Shown here in pieces: positions 9,585 through 17,885 of a DNA stretch of 64,000 bases (position 1 is its first letter; each line of letters starts with the position of its first letter). The notes below the pieces were generated by a model. The model had not been told where the DNA came from. It worked only from the letters and a program-made list of their open reading frames with translations, and ran no database searches. The DNA is taken from IMG/VR virus record IMGVR_UViG_3300032770_000001, positions 1-64,000 of that record; one strand, given 5' to 3'. A program made the position numbers and the translations under genes.

Positions 9585-9931
9585 GCCGCCGCACTCACAT
9601 CCCACCATTGAATTCGGAGCGACATCACACACAGATTTTCCGGCAGCCCAAAGGTGCCGCCCGGTGTGATGTAGCTGATGGTCGCCAGAATATGGCGTCC
9701 AGTATAACGTCCAGTATCAGGATCGTACTCCCGCAGGTAGAGTTCATCGCCCTCGCGAAAGTCCCGGTCGTTGACGCGAACCTCGTGTGTTTTGTTGCCG
9801 CCTAGTACCGCCGAGAACGGCTTAGGCCACGTCTTCAGTTCATGCCGCTTCGGACCGTTGCGCGGCTCGAACTTGATGACTTCTCGTTTGTAGGTGCCTG
9901 CAACCTCGTCAAACAGTTCCCGGTTGTCCAT
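9581..9931 (-). CDS. DUF3850 (ASCH/PUA-like) protein
   Basis: HELKTWP..F..VL.G.KTHEVR.NDRDF..GD.L.LREY. Confidence 0.85.
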   Translation of the reverse strand: MDNRELFDEVAGTYKREVIKFEPRNGPKRHELKTWPKPFSAVLGGNKTHEVRVNDRDFREGDELYLREYDPDTGRYTGRHILATISYITPGGTFGLPENLCVMSLRIQWWDVSAAA

Positions 9932-10193
9932 TTTCCATATCCGTTTGAACGGTGAACGAGACCTCGATCCAGTCCGGAATGAAAGTCACATCCAGAATGA
10001 TCGACTCATCTTTCCCTTTACGTCCTGTGACGCTAACCAGCCGATCTCCGAACAAGTTGCGGAACTTCTTGGCTTGTTGTTCGGCAAACTCGTTAACGTC
10101 GATGACTTCAAGGGGACGCCCGACAAATTGATCGAGCGCCTTTCTGAACTCCGACCTGATCTGTTCGTGAATCTGTTCTGGAGTCTGTTCCAT
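9909..10193 (-). CDS. hypothetical protein
   Basis: ORF in operon context. Confidence 0.55.
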   Translation of the reverse strand: MEQTPEQIHEQIRSEFRKALDQFVGRPLEVIDVNEFAEQQAKKFRNLFGDRLVSVTGRKGKDESIILDVTFIPDWIEVSFTVQTDMENGQPGTV

Positions 10194-10216
10194 ATCAAAT
10201 AATACTGCAAAAACGA

Positions 10217-10240
10217 AGCCCCGGCTACAGTGCCGGGGCT
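10217..10240 (-). terminator. intrinsic terminator after the OmpA-like gene
   Basis: AGCCCCGGC-6nt-GCCGGGGCT followed by TCGTTTTT on the minus strand. Confidence 0.7.
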
Positions 10241-10267
10241 ATTCGTTGGGGAGGGCGCGGGGGAGAA

Positions 10268-11596
10268 CTATTTCTCGGCTGGTTCCAGTGTGATCTGCAC
10301 CGTGCGGGTTTCCCCGGTGCCGACAATCGTCTTGATCTGGCTGGACTTGACGCCCTTGGCTTCGAACTGCTGTTTCACGCGGTTTGCGCGAGTAGTAGCC
10401 AGCAGTCTATCCTCGGACGGGTTGCGGTTGCCGCGCAGGACGATGACGTAGCCGGGGTGACGGGCAAGAGCCGCCGTCGCAGCATCAATCATTTCCTTGC
10501 AGACTGACGTTACATGGATCGGATCGACGATAGCCGCATCGCCGCCAGCCGGAACGCATTGCGTCTTGGAGGCGAAGGTGCAGATACCGACCGGGATGAT
10601 CTCCTCAACCACCGGAGGGTTGCTGACCGGAACCACGACAGCCGGAGTCGGCGCGGGAGCCGGAGCGGATTGGACTGGAACCACGACCACCTGAGGCGTT
10701 GTGGGGGCAGCCGCTACGACCTGAGGCTCTGGCTCTGGTTCCTTGTACATGCACTCATCGATCATTTTGGCGATAAGTTCGTCCTCGTTTAGACCCTTGT
10801 GGGCTTTCTTGTACGCTTTGAAGGCGTACTTGTCCGAAGCCATGATCGTGCAATAGGGGCGACGTGATCCGGAAATGGCGTAGTTGCGGGCCGTCTCCAA
10901 GATAGCGCAGTTCGGATCGATCTTGCCGCCGCCGAAGGATGCGCCAACAGGCATCGTCTGGACACCAGCGCCGAAACCCTTAAAGCAAGGGCTGGTTGGC
11001 AGTGCCGTGGGAGCGTAAGCCGTGTCCACGGGAATCTTGGAAGCAGCAACGTTCTCGGTCGAGGAGTAAGAGTTGCTGGAGTTGCCGCCGCTGTTGTTGG
11101 ACGAAGAGGACTGTGTCTGGCTCTGTCCCTGCTTCTGTCCCTGCGAAGCATTGCCGCCAGCACCACCCGCACCACCCTGAGCGGTGTTGTTGTTCGTATT
11201 CGTGTTGGACGAGTTGCCGCTGTTATTCACGCCGGATGAGGAAACAGCCGTGCCGCCCGTCGCAGTCGAAGTGGAACTTCCACCTGTTGCGGAGGAAGAC
11301 GAGGAAGATGAAGAACCGGAGTTCGAGGACGAGTTGCAGCTATGCCCCTTGCAGGCACCGCCGCCGCCCTTCGGGTCTTTGTGTGTCTTGGGGACTTCGC
11401 AAACGTAGTAGTGCCCCTTGGTGCCTTCCGACCCGGTGCCGAGGAAATATTGACCGTCGCCGTCTCCTGCTGAGCCGGAGGGTTTGGTCGTGCCCACGTC
11501 AACGCGAGATGCGAGAGGATCGCTGCAATTCCACGCGAACGCCGCGCTGGACATCAAAATCATTGCTACAAAACAGAAGAGACGAAGTGATTTCAT
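10268..11596 (-). CDS. secreted Gly/Ser/Asn-rich protein with C-terminal OmpA-like peptidoglycan-binding domain
   Basis: signal peptide MKSLR...AFA|W after GGGAG SD; C-terminus HP...V.L.G.....E..L...RA..VK......GV. Confidence 0.65.
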   Translation of the reverse strand: MKSLRLFCFVAMILMSSAAFAWNCSDPLASRVDVGTTKPSGSAGDGDGQYFLGTGSEGTKGHYYVCEVPKTHKDPKGGGGACKGHSCNSSSNSGSSSSSSSSATGGSSTSTATGGTAVSSSGVNNSGNSSNTNTNNNTAQGGAGGAGGNASQGQKQGQSQTQSSSSNNSGGNSSNSYSSTENVAASKIPVDTAYAPTALPTSPCFKGFGAGVQTMPVGASFGGGKIDPNCAILETARNYAISGSRRPYCTIMASDKYAFKAYKKAHKGLNEDELIAKMIDECMYKEPEPEPQVVAAAPTTPQVVVVPVQSAPAPAPTPAVVVPVSNPPVVEEIIPVGICTFASKTQCVPAGGDAAIVDPIHVTSVCKEMIDAATAALARHPGYVIVLRGNRNPSEDRLLATTRANRVKQQFEAKGVKSSQIKTIVGTGETRTVQITLEPAEK

Positions 11597-11677
11597 ATTG
11601 CTCCCTTTGTGGATTTTTGGTGTCAGACCGGGGAGGGCTGTCAACCTTACGTCAGTCACATCTTGAAGGTACTACGG

Positions 11678-11717
11678 GAAGGAAAAATTTGCAAGAAATT
11701 TTGCAAATTTTTCCTTC
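11678..11717. repeat. perfect 17-bp inverted repeat (6-nt spacer)
   Basis: GAAGGAAAAATTTGCAA-gaaatt-TTGCAAATTTTTCCTTC, intergenic. Confidence 0.9.
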
Positions 11718-11732
11718 GGTTACTGAGGTAAC

Positions 11733-12310
11733 TTACACGCGGACAATCTTTTCGCTGGTAATGCCCTTGGTCGTGTTTCGGGAATCGACCACCAATTTGG
11801 CGGCGTTGACGATCTCCGAATAGTTATAGGACGAGTGATCGGTCAGGATGACTACGACATCGTATTTGTCGATGTCGGTCAACGGAACCGACTCCATGTT
11901 CAACCCGTGATCGCGCACCGCAGGGATGAAGGGATCGTTGTAGTCCACGGTCGCTCCCTCTTCCTGCATCAGCTTGATGATCTCGACTGACGGCGACTCA
12001 CGGTAATCGTCGATGTCCTTCTTGTACGCCATGCCGAGAACCAGCACCTTCGAGCCGTTGATGGCTTTCTTGTGCATGTTCAGGGACTTCGCCACAAAGT
12101 TGCACATGTGGTACGGCATCGCCACGTTGATCTCCCCGGCGAGTTCGATGAAGCGGGTGTGGAAATCGAATTCCTTCGCCTTCCACGAGAGATAGAACGG
12201 GTCGATGGGGATGCAGTGACCACCGAGCCCCGGACCGGGATAAAACGCTTGGAAGCCGAACGGCTTGGTCTTCGCCGCGTCGATGATCTCCCAGATGTCC
12301 AGACCCATGC
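11733..12310 (-). pseudogene. 3' half of a UDP-GlcNAc/UDP-sugar 6-dehydrogenase (WbpA/WecC type)
   Basis: AAKTKPFGF...PGPGLGGHCIP.DP, LG.AYK.D.DD.RESP; the N-terminal NAD-binding domain is missing. Confidence 0.85.
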
Positions 12311-12541
12311 GAGCAGGGGATCGGTATTCGTTCCAGTCAAGCAGACCTCGGCAACCTTGCGTCGTCCGCACTCTTGCAGGAAGGCATCGAGGTTATCTGG
12401 AATCTTGTTCAGGTTGTTGAACGGATCGAGAGCCATCATGTGCTGCCCGATGCAGAAATAGCAGGAGCGATTGCACGGCCCGCTCAGGTGGATGTTTCCA
12501 AACCAGTGGGAGAACTTTCCCTCGTCGTTAAGGCAACCCAT
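12311..12541 (-). pseudogene. 5' fragment of a radical SAM gene
   Basis: CNRSCYFC (CxxxCxxC) followed by truncation after ...NTDPLL. Confidence 0.7.
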
Positions 12542-12741
12542 TATTCACCCGCCTCGTAAGCGCCGATGATTTCGCCCACACATTCATCACAAAGCCAGCG
12601 GCTATTGTCCCTGATGTGGGCGTCCCGGTCAGGGTGATAGGCACATTGATGATACTCGGCATCGCAGCCGTTGCAGACAAGCGTATCGCTACCTTGCTGC
12701 CGTGGGTAGACTTCAGGACTACCGCAGTTCGTACAGATCAT
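12541..12741 (-). CDS. small Zn-ribbon protein
   Basis: CxxC pairs; ATG at 12741 overlaps the upstream stop. Confidence 0.55.
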   Translation of the reverse strand: MICTNCGSPEVYPRQQGSDTLVCNGCDAEYHQCAYHPDRDAHIRDNSRWLCDECVGEIIGAYEAGE

Positions 12742-13082
12742 TTGCTTTTCTTCTCGAAATAATTCCAACCCATCGTCATGCTGGAATCGGCTGAATAAAC
12801 GGTTCCCTTGACATCGACGCAATCTTTCACTGGGATCGACAGAGTCCACGATTGCCCGTCTTCGCCCTCGTCGAGTTTTCTGCCTAGAGACTTGACGATG
12901 CAGGCCAAGCGACGGTCGTCGCTGTCTGCCCATTTGCTGACGGCTTCTTGAACCATGATCGCACCCGCTCTACGGGCACGGAGGGCAGTAGCCATCAAGG
13001 TATCGCCGAACGATTCTGCACGGTCGGCGTCACGTTCCAATCGATTGATTACGCTTTGAATTTCTTGGGAGAGTTGTGACAT
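12738..13082 (-). CDS. hypothetical protein
   Basis: ORF directly after a promoter-like sequence. Confidence 0.6.
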   Translation of the reverse strand: MSQLSQEIQSVINRLERDADRAESFGDTLMATALRARRAGAIMVQEAVSKWADSDDRRLACIVKSLGRKLDEGEDGQSWTLSIPVKDCVDVKGTVYSADSSMTMGWNYFEKKSK

Positions 13083-13086
13083 GCAG

Positions 13087-13117
13087 AAATAGTATCAGAT
13101 TCCTAATTCTTTTGTAA
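13087..13117 (-). promoter_or_regulatory. sigma70-like promoter
   Basis: TTACAA-17-TACTAT with TGn extended -10. Confidence 0.45.
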
Positions 13118-13118
13118 G

Positions 13119-13237
13119 CCCGTCGCGGGAAGAACCCGGAAGCGGCTGAAGGGCGGACGCGGCAATCATGCCGCCAACGTGGGAAGTGTTCCCACCTGCT
13201 TACCTAAGGCGCAAGCCCCAGATGGCACCGCGACGGG
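13119..13237. ncRNA. candidate structured RNA
   Basis: 10-bp closing stem CCCGTCGCGG/CCGCGACGGG enclosing hairpins GCGGCA-4-TGCCGC and GTGGGAA-3-TTCCCAC. Confidence 0.35.
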
Positions 13238-13243
13238 TTGCCG

Positions 13244-13528
13244 CTAAGGTAGTCGGATCGCGAAGCCGATACTGAAGCTGCGGCGGCGAGTCCGAATGAT
13301 TCCGGGATGCGGGAAGCTCGGCCCGTTGAAACTATCAAAATTCATCTGGATGCGGCTCCCGGTATGCGGGATCGGTACGGAGTAGTTGGAGACTTTCTCC
13401 CCGGTGCGAACCATGGTCTTGAAACGAACGGCGGGTGCCTGATGAGGGTGGGGCTGTGGAGCGTCCGGCAGTTCCGCGAGAGCGGCGTTAATCAAAAGGA
13501 ACGCGACCAGTACGTGCCTCATCCGCAT
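13244..13528 (-). CDS. small secreted protein with LPDAPQP motif
   Basis: signal peptide followed by LPDAP motif. Confidence 0.6.
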   Translation of the reverse strand: MRMRHVLVAFLLINAALAELPDAPQPHPHQAPAVRFKTMVRTGEKVSNYSVPIPHTGSRIQMNFDSFNGPSFPHPGIIRTRRRSFSIGFAIRLP

Positions 13529-13540
13529 AGTGTACCATAT

Positions 13541-13723
13541 TCACGCGGACATCATGATTCGTCTGGCTTCACATTCAAGCTCAACCAAACGCTGGATCGC
13601 GAGATCGCGGAGCCGTGTGGCTATCAGCTTCTCGCAGCCCTCACACGGGCAGTAGTTGACAATCGTGATCTCTTTACGCAGCTTCTCGATTGTCTTGGAG
13701 ATCAGTTCTTCGGGGAAGTCCAT
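13541..13723 (-). CDS. hypothetical protein
   Basis: short ORF in co-directional array. Confidence 0.5.
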   Translation of the reverse strand: MDFPEELISKTIEKLRKEITIVNYCPCEGCEKLIATRLRDLAIQRLVELECEARRIMMSA

Positions 13724-13749
13724 GTTCTTTAATACCGCACAAACGGCTG

Positions 13750-13947
13750 CTATGGGGATTCGACTCTCTCATAACCCGTCTCGGTCGCTTGCTCATCAGC
13801 CATGAATTCCAGTGGGTGTCTTTTGTGGTCGTGTAAGAATTCGCTGAGCCTCTCCATGTATTCCGGTGCGGAGTAGATCACCGACCCCTGTCCGATCCAC
13901 AGGCGTTTCCGACACCCGTGACAAACCAGTTCGTAACAAACGCTCAT
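13750..13947 (-). CDS. hypothetical protein
   Basis: short ORF with CxxC, GAG SD. Confidence 0.55.
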   Translation of the reverse strand: MSVCYELVCHGCRKRLWIGQGSVIYSAPEYMERLSEFLHDHKRHPLEFMADEQATETGYERVESP

Positions 13948-14144
13948 GTTTTACTCCTCACTTCTACAATACCATGCAAACGGTTGCTATGGAGGGCTAT
14001 TTCGTAGGTGGTTTGGTTCTCGCCAGTAGTTCAGCCAACGTTGCCGGACGCCGCCAAGGGAACAGCCATCGCATGAGTTTTCGGATCATTACCTATATAA
14101 CCTGCGAAAGAGGCGAAAGTTTACAACGGTTGCTCTGGGGAGGG

Positions 14145-14300
14145 CTATTTCGTTGGCTGCTGTGCGGCTGGCTTCTTGTAATAGACAAAACCTTCAGGCT
14201 GGATGACCCGTGCCATGTACCCAGCACGTCCTGTCAGAATCACCTTGGCGGGGATTGTCACCATTACGGTGTCGCCGACCTTTGGCTTAGACTTTTTCAT
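14145..14300 (-). CDS. hypothetical protein
   Basis: short ORF in array. Confidence 0.45.
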   Translation of the reverse strand: MKKSKPKVGDTVMVTIPAKVILTGRAGYMARVIQPEGFVYYKKPAAQQPTK

Positions 14301-14505
14301 AGGTCGGACAGAGAATAACAGCCACGGGTCTGCCCGTGCAGTGCAGGTCAATCATGGTGTAGCGGCTAATGATGTCTTTGACTTCCACGCCATTGTCCTG
14401 CTGGACGATGAGATAAGTCTGGGACGCATCAAGGCTGCGGTCTACGCCGACGACTGTGCCCTTCAACTGAGTGTTGTTATCTTGAACTCGAATGACGTAA
14501 TCCAT
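14287..14505 (-). CDS. hypothetical protein
   Basis: short ORF in array. Confidence 0.5.
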   Translation of the reverse strand: MDYVIRVQDNNTQLKGTVVGVDRSLDASQTYLIVQQDNGVEVKDIISRYTMIDLHCTGRPVAVILCPTYEKV

Positions 14506-14510
14506 AGTCG

Positions 14511-14717
14511 TTATCCTAAAATACCAGCCCCACGCAGGAACGGCATCTCACCACGGTAGGCGAGCGTCTGCTGGATGGTTTTGGCGAGAAGTTCGTGTTT
14601 GTACCGCAGGTCGGTGTCGGTCACATTTTTAAGGGCGTCGTCATGGTAGTTCAAACGGAGCCGAAGTGTGGTGCTATCGGCGGTGAGATTGATGAGTGAA
14701 ACGTCAGTATAGTCCAT
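14511..14717 (-). CDS. hypothetical protein
   Basis: short ORF in array. Confidence 0.5.
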   Translation of the reverse strand: MDYTDVSLINLTADSTTLRLRLNYHDDALKNVTDTDLRYKHELLAKTIQQTLAYRGEMPFLRGAGILG

Positions 14718-14747
14718 TATTTCCGTGCCTTCGCTGGATCACCAGCG

Positions 14748-14924
14748 TTATTCGTTCAGTGCTTGCTCAAGCGAGCGTTTGATTGTGTTATGAAGCCGCT
14801 GTACCATCGGTACGTCTCGTTTGCGAATCAGATTCAGACGTTCGCATTCAGCCAGAGCACAAGATAGTGTGCCAGCTTGACGTTGTGTAATGGGTGGAAT
14901 TTGGACTTTCGTGCGTTTTGCCAT
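14748..14924 (-). CDS. hypothetical protein (58 aa, below the track cut-off)
   Basis: MAKRTKVQIPP...ALNE*, GGAAGG SD. Confidence 0.5.
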   Translation of the reverse strand: MAKRTKVQIPPITQRQAGTLSCALAECERLNLIRKRDVPMVQRLHNTIKRSLEQALNE

Positions 14925-15207
14925 ACTGTTACCTTCCTAGTACAATCTGACCGTGGTTACCGCCACTTTCGGGTAGTGTCTTCTATGATACGTTACCTTC
15001 GCAAGTTCTTGCAAGTACAGGAAACGTCCGATAAGCCGCCTTATGGAAAATAGGGCCGGAGAATTCGTTGCGGCACATCTCCGAATTTCTCTTTAGCCCA
15101 TGCTTCGGCTTCGGCTTGTGAACCGTATTCGTAGGCGTACCCTTTGATGATCGTCCATTTGTCATCGGCTGTGCGAATGACGAGCACTTGTTCATCGATG
15201 TTCATCG

Positions 15208-15429
15208 TTAAACATACCCCTCTGATTTTAGTCGAGCCCTGACCCGTTTCCAGTTCGCTCTGAGCAGGAGCTTGTCTTTCTTACTGAGCTTCGATTCAAC
15301 CACCCTCATTTGACGCCCCATCCACTTCAAGTCCGCTCCGCTGACCAGCGTCATCCCAAGAGCCAAGTACCTGTACATCCGCTCCGGGTCTTTTAGTCTG
15401 TCCTGCAATGGTTGAGTTTTAAGTGTCAT
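15208..15429 (-). CDS. hypothetical basic protein
   Basis: ATGA coupling with upstream gene. Confidence 0.5.
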   Translation of the reverse strand: MTLKTQPLQDRLKDPERMYRYLALGMTLVSGADLKWMGRQMRVVESKLSKKDKLLLRANWKRVRARLKSEGYV

Positions 15430-15674
15430 ATCAACTCGACGAGAGTTTCCAACTCTTGAATCTCCTGCGTCCGTTGTTGTGGTGGTTCTCCTGCAAGGTA
15501 CATCCAAGCGGGGTGATGCGTCAAGTCTTCGTTAAACTCGATCTCGATCTGACGCCACGAAATGTAATGCTTGGAGCACATCCAAATCGGACCGAACTTG
15601 GCGAAGGCATGGTCGCCGCAATACTGGTTGTTCCGCAGGTACATGATGACTTGGCAAGTGGGTGCGTCTGTCAC
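15426..15674 (-). CDS. hypothetical protein
   Basis: GGAG SD + GTG start overlapping upstream TGA. Confidence 0.55.
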   Translation of the reverse strand: MTDAPTCQVIMYLRNNQYCGDHAFAKFGPIWMCSKHYISWRQIEIEFNEDLTHHPAWMYLAGEPPQQRTQEIQELETLVELI

Positions 15675-15936
15675 GGTGTCTCCACGGTTGGGTCGATGCC
15701 TTTCACTCCCAGCGCCTTCAATTTCTTCTTGATCTCGTAAACTTTATCGTCGGAATACAACTTCACGCCAATCGGTCGAACGACCTCTTCATAGGTCTTA
15801 CCCTCGTTGCCGGGATCGGAGATTGCTTCAAGCATCTGCTGATGTGCCGCTAAACAGATGCGGGACAGCCGCCTGTTCAGGCGAGCAATGACGTTGCGTT
15901 TTGCTCTACTAAGCCGCCGTGTCACGGTGTCTCCAC
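15669..15936. repeat. 17-bp direct repeat pair (15669-15685, 15920-15936)
   Basis: TGTCACGGTGTCTCCAC twice; on the minus strand it supplies SD, GTG start and TGA stop. Confidence 0.85.
15671..15925 (-). CDS. hypothetical protein ending PTVETP
   Basis: flanked by 17-bp direct repeats. Confidence 0.55.
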   Translation of the reverse strand: MTRRLSRAKRNVIARLNRRLSRICLAAHQQMLEAISDPGNEGKTYEEVVRPIGVKLYSDDKVYEIKKKLKALGVKGIDPTVETP

Positions 15937-16200
15937 AGTCGGGTGATCGTATTTAACTGAATGCCCACCGCACCCGCCGCAGCGGTTCAGCGGCACCCAC
16001 TCTTCGCCTTTGCTCTTGTTGACCTCGCCAGCACCATCCCAGCCAATGACGCTGCTGTCGATGTACCAGAACCTCGTCAGGCAGCACTCACACGTGCTCC
16101 ACGGGGCAGCGATCACATACCCGTCATACAGCCCGTGCAGATGTTCTTCGAGGGTTTGCCCGTGCTTACACTTGGTTCGATCTAAACCCATACCGTACAA
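15922..16200 (-). CDS. Cys-rich hypothetical protein ending PTVETP
   Basis: ORF in array. Confidence 0.55.
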   Translation of the reverse strand: MYGMGLDRTKCKHGQTLEEHLHGLYDGYVIAAPWSTCECCLTRFWYIDSSVIGWDGAGEVNKSKGEEWVPLNRCGGCGGHSVKYDHPTVETP

Positions 16201-16210
16201 TACGGGCGAT

Positions 16211-16633
16211 TTAGGAGAGTCCGAGGGCCTTCTTTTCGACAGCTATGCGGTTCAGGGCACGCTGGAGATCGCCGCAGGCGGCTTGATAGCCGTGGTTCGG
16301 CTGGAATCCACACAACCACCAGTCCATCGCCTTGCCCCAGAGCTTGCCTTCGCAGGACGCACGCCACGCATGGGCTGACATGGTCTCATCGTTCTGCCCG
16401 TTCATGAAGGTCACGTTCAGGAAGATGTCGAAAGCGTCTAGCCAGCGATGGATACGCCCCTCGTGGTTGGACTTCGCCATGGCGATGGCGATGTTCTCCG
16501 GCGTCATGGGCATGGAGTTTGAAGTGCCCCGGATCAGATGGTAAAGACGGAAGAGAAGGCTGACGATGACGAGGGCAGTTGCCGCGATCAGGTAGATTTC
16601 GACGCCCAGCAGAACCTTGTGCAAGATGTCCAT
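16211..16633 (-). CDS. phage membrane protein
   Basis: N-terminal TM helix; D..LN....G..DET.SA.AWR...W...DW......HxxxA motif. Confidence 0.55.
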   Translation of the reverse strand: MDILHKVLLGVEIYLIAATALVIVSLLFRLYHLIRGTSNSMPMTPENIAIAMAKSNHEGRIHRWLDAFDIFLNVTFMNGQNDETMSAHAWRASCEGKLWGKAMDWWLCGFQPNHGYQAACGDLQRALNRIAVEKKALGLS

Positions 16634-16667
16634 ACAGAAGGGTCTGGAAGTCATGGTATCATCGGGA

Positions 16668-17288
16668 ATGCAACGCAATTCCATCCATGAGGCGGGGCAC
16701 GTAATCGCCAATATCGCCCTCGGCATTCGTTTCTACGACGTGCATATCGGACGAACTTGGTACACGGACGAGAAGACCGGGCTCGTGCCGATGACGAGTC
16801 CACCAAACTCATTAGGGCATTGTGGCAGTGGGAAGGGAAAGGAACCTTTTCATCGGGAAATCGTTAAAGCCTCCGGGTACATCGCGGAATGGTTGTGGTG
16901 CAAACATAACAACCGCAGGTGGGGACGCACTTTCCGGAACATCCAGTACAGCCGGGATCGAAAGGGCATCACCAACCTTCAGCGTGCCAAACGAGCCAGC
17001 CTGAAGCTCCTCGAAGCGAACTACAAGTACCTAACAAAGCTCGCCGAACTATTCGACGCCAACCAGAACCACACGTTTAAGGAATCGGAGATTTTGCCCC
17101 TATGCGACATCTGGGAGACGAACCCGGTCTCGATGCACATGGCACTGGTGCTGAACGACAAAGGTACGTGGGACGAAGTGCCGAACGATCCCAACATGGA
17201 ATTTCATCGATACACGAGGAAGTTCAAGTGGTATCGTCCGAACTATCCGAAGCCGGAGGAAGTGCCGGACCACTGTCCGCTCAAATAA
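16668..17288 (+). CDS. stand-alone M41-like HExxH peptidase domain, counter-oriented
   Basis: SIHEAGHVIA...SGYIAE. Confidence 0.6.
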   Translation: MQRNSIHEAGHVIANIALGIRFYDVHIGRTWYTDEKTGLVPMTSPPNSLGHCGSGKGKEPFHREIVKASGYIAEWLWCKHNNRRWGRTFRNIQYSRDRKGITNLQRAKRASLKLLEANYKYLTKLAELFDANQNHTFKESEILPLCDIWETNPVSMHMALVLNDKGTWDEVPNDPNMEFHRYTRKFKWYRPNYPKPEEVPDHCPLK

Positions 17289-17290
17289 AT

Positions 17291-17366
17291 TGGCAGGGGG
17301 TGAGGGCAACGATCCCCCAACCTTCCGGGTCAAAGCCGGGTGCTCTGCCGATTGAGCTAACCCCCT
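17291..17366 (-). tRNA. trnQ: tRNA-Gln(UUG), atypical T-loop
   Basis: cloverleaf with anticodon loop CT-TTG-AC, G73, encoded CCA; T-loop ATCGTTG. Confidence 0.75.
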
Positions 17367-17369
17367 GTT

Positions 17370-17443
17370 TGGCTGCCGGGGAGGGATTCGAACCCCCATA
17401 CACTGATCCAAAGTCAGCGGTCCTGCCTTTGAACGACCCGGCA
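17370..17443 (-). tRNA. trnQ: tRNA-Gln(UUG), canonical
   Basis: U1-A72, loop CT-TTG-GA, TTCGAAT, CCA. Confidence 0.92.
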
Positions 17444-17525
17444 TCATGTGACTTCTACATCACATTTTTGCGATTTGTATCATAAAAGTGACGTGGGACG
17501 CACTTTTTGCGATATAAATCAATCT

Positions 17526-17611
17526 TGGAGCCGATGGAGGGATTCGAACCCCCGTGGGATTTCTCCGGCAGTTTACAAAACTGCTGCAATCGTCCGCTAT
17601 GCGACATCGGC
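17526..17611 (-). tRNA. trnT: tRNA-Thr(UGU) with long variable arm
   Basis: GCCGATG/CATCGGC, GCAGT-TT-TGT-AA-ACTGC, variable arm C-GGA-GAAA-TCC-CAC, CCA. Confidence 0.85.
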
Positions 17612-17863
17612 CTATGCGCGTCGGGCAAACCCGGTAAAGTCCACCACTGGTTTCGCCTTCGGCTGCGGAGGGTTCTCAATCACGAACTTGAGTTGCTCCG
17701 CAAAAATCTTTTCGTACTCGGCTTTGAGAGCATTCCCTTCGTCGATCAACTTCTGATCTCCGGTGCGGTAGCCCTCGGCTAATCTTTTAGTGAAGGCACG
17801 TCTTGCCTCCAACACTTTGGAACACAGGTAGAGTAGGTCTGACTGCTCATCTGTCAGTTGCAC
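17612..17863 (-). CDS. hypothetical protein
   Basis: ORF between tRNAs, GGAGG SD. Confidence 0.55.
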   Translation of the reverse strand: MQLTDEQSDLLYLCSKVLEARRAFTKRLAEGYRTGDQKLIDEGNALKAEYEKIFAEQLKFVIENPPQPKAKPVVDFTGFARRA

Positions 17864-17885
17864 GATCCCTCCACTTAAGGAATCG

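Noticed and set aside
13119-13237. SRP 4.5S RNA
   Set aside because: CCCGGAAGCGGC only partly resembles the domain IV consensus; the AGG and second GGAA elements are missing.
17100-17485. ORFs 17100..17447 and 17102..17485; likewise 25628..26008, 26178..26486 and 31002..31238
   Set aside because: These are translations of tRNA/tmRNA sequence or of the opposite strand of real genes.
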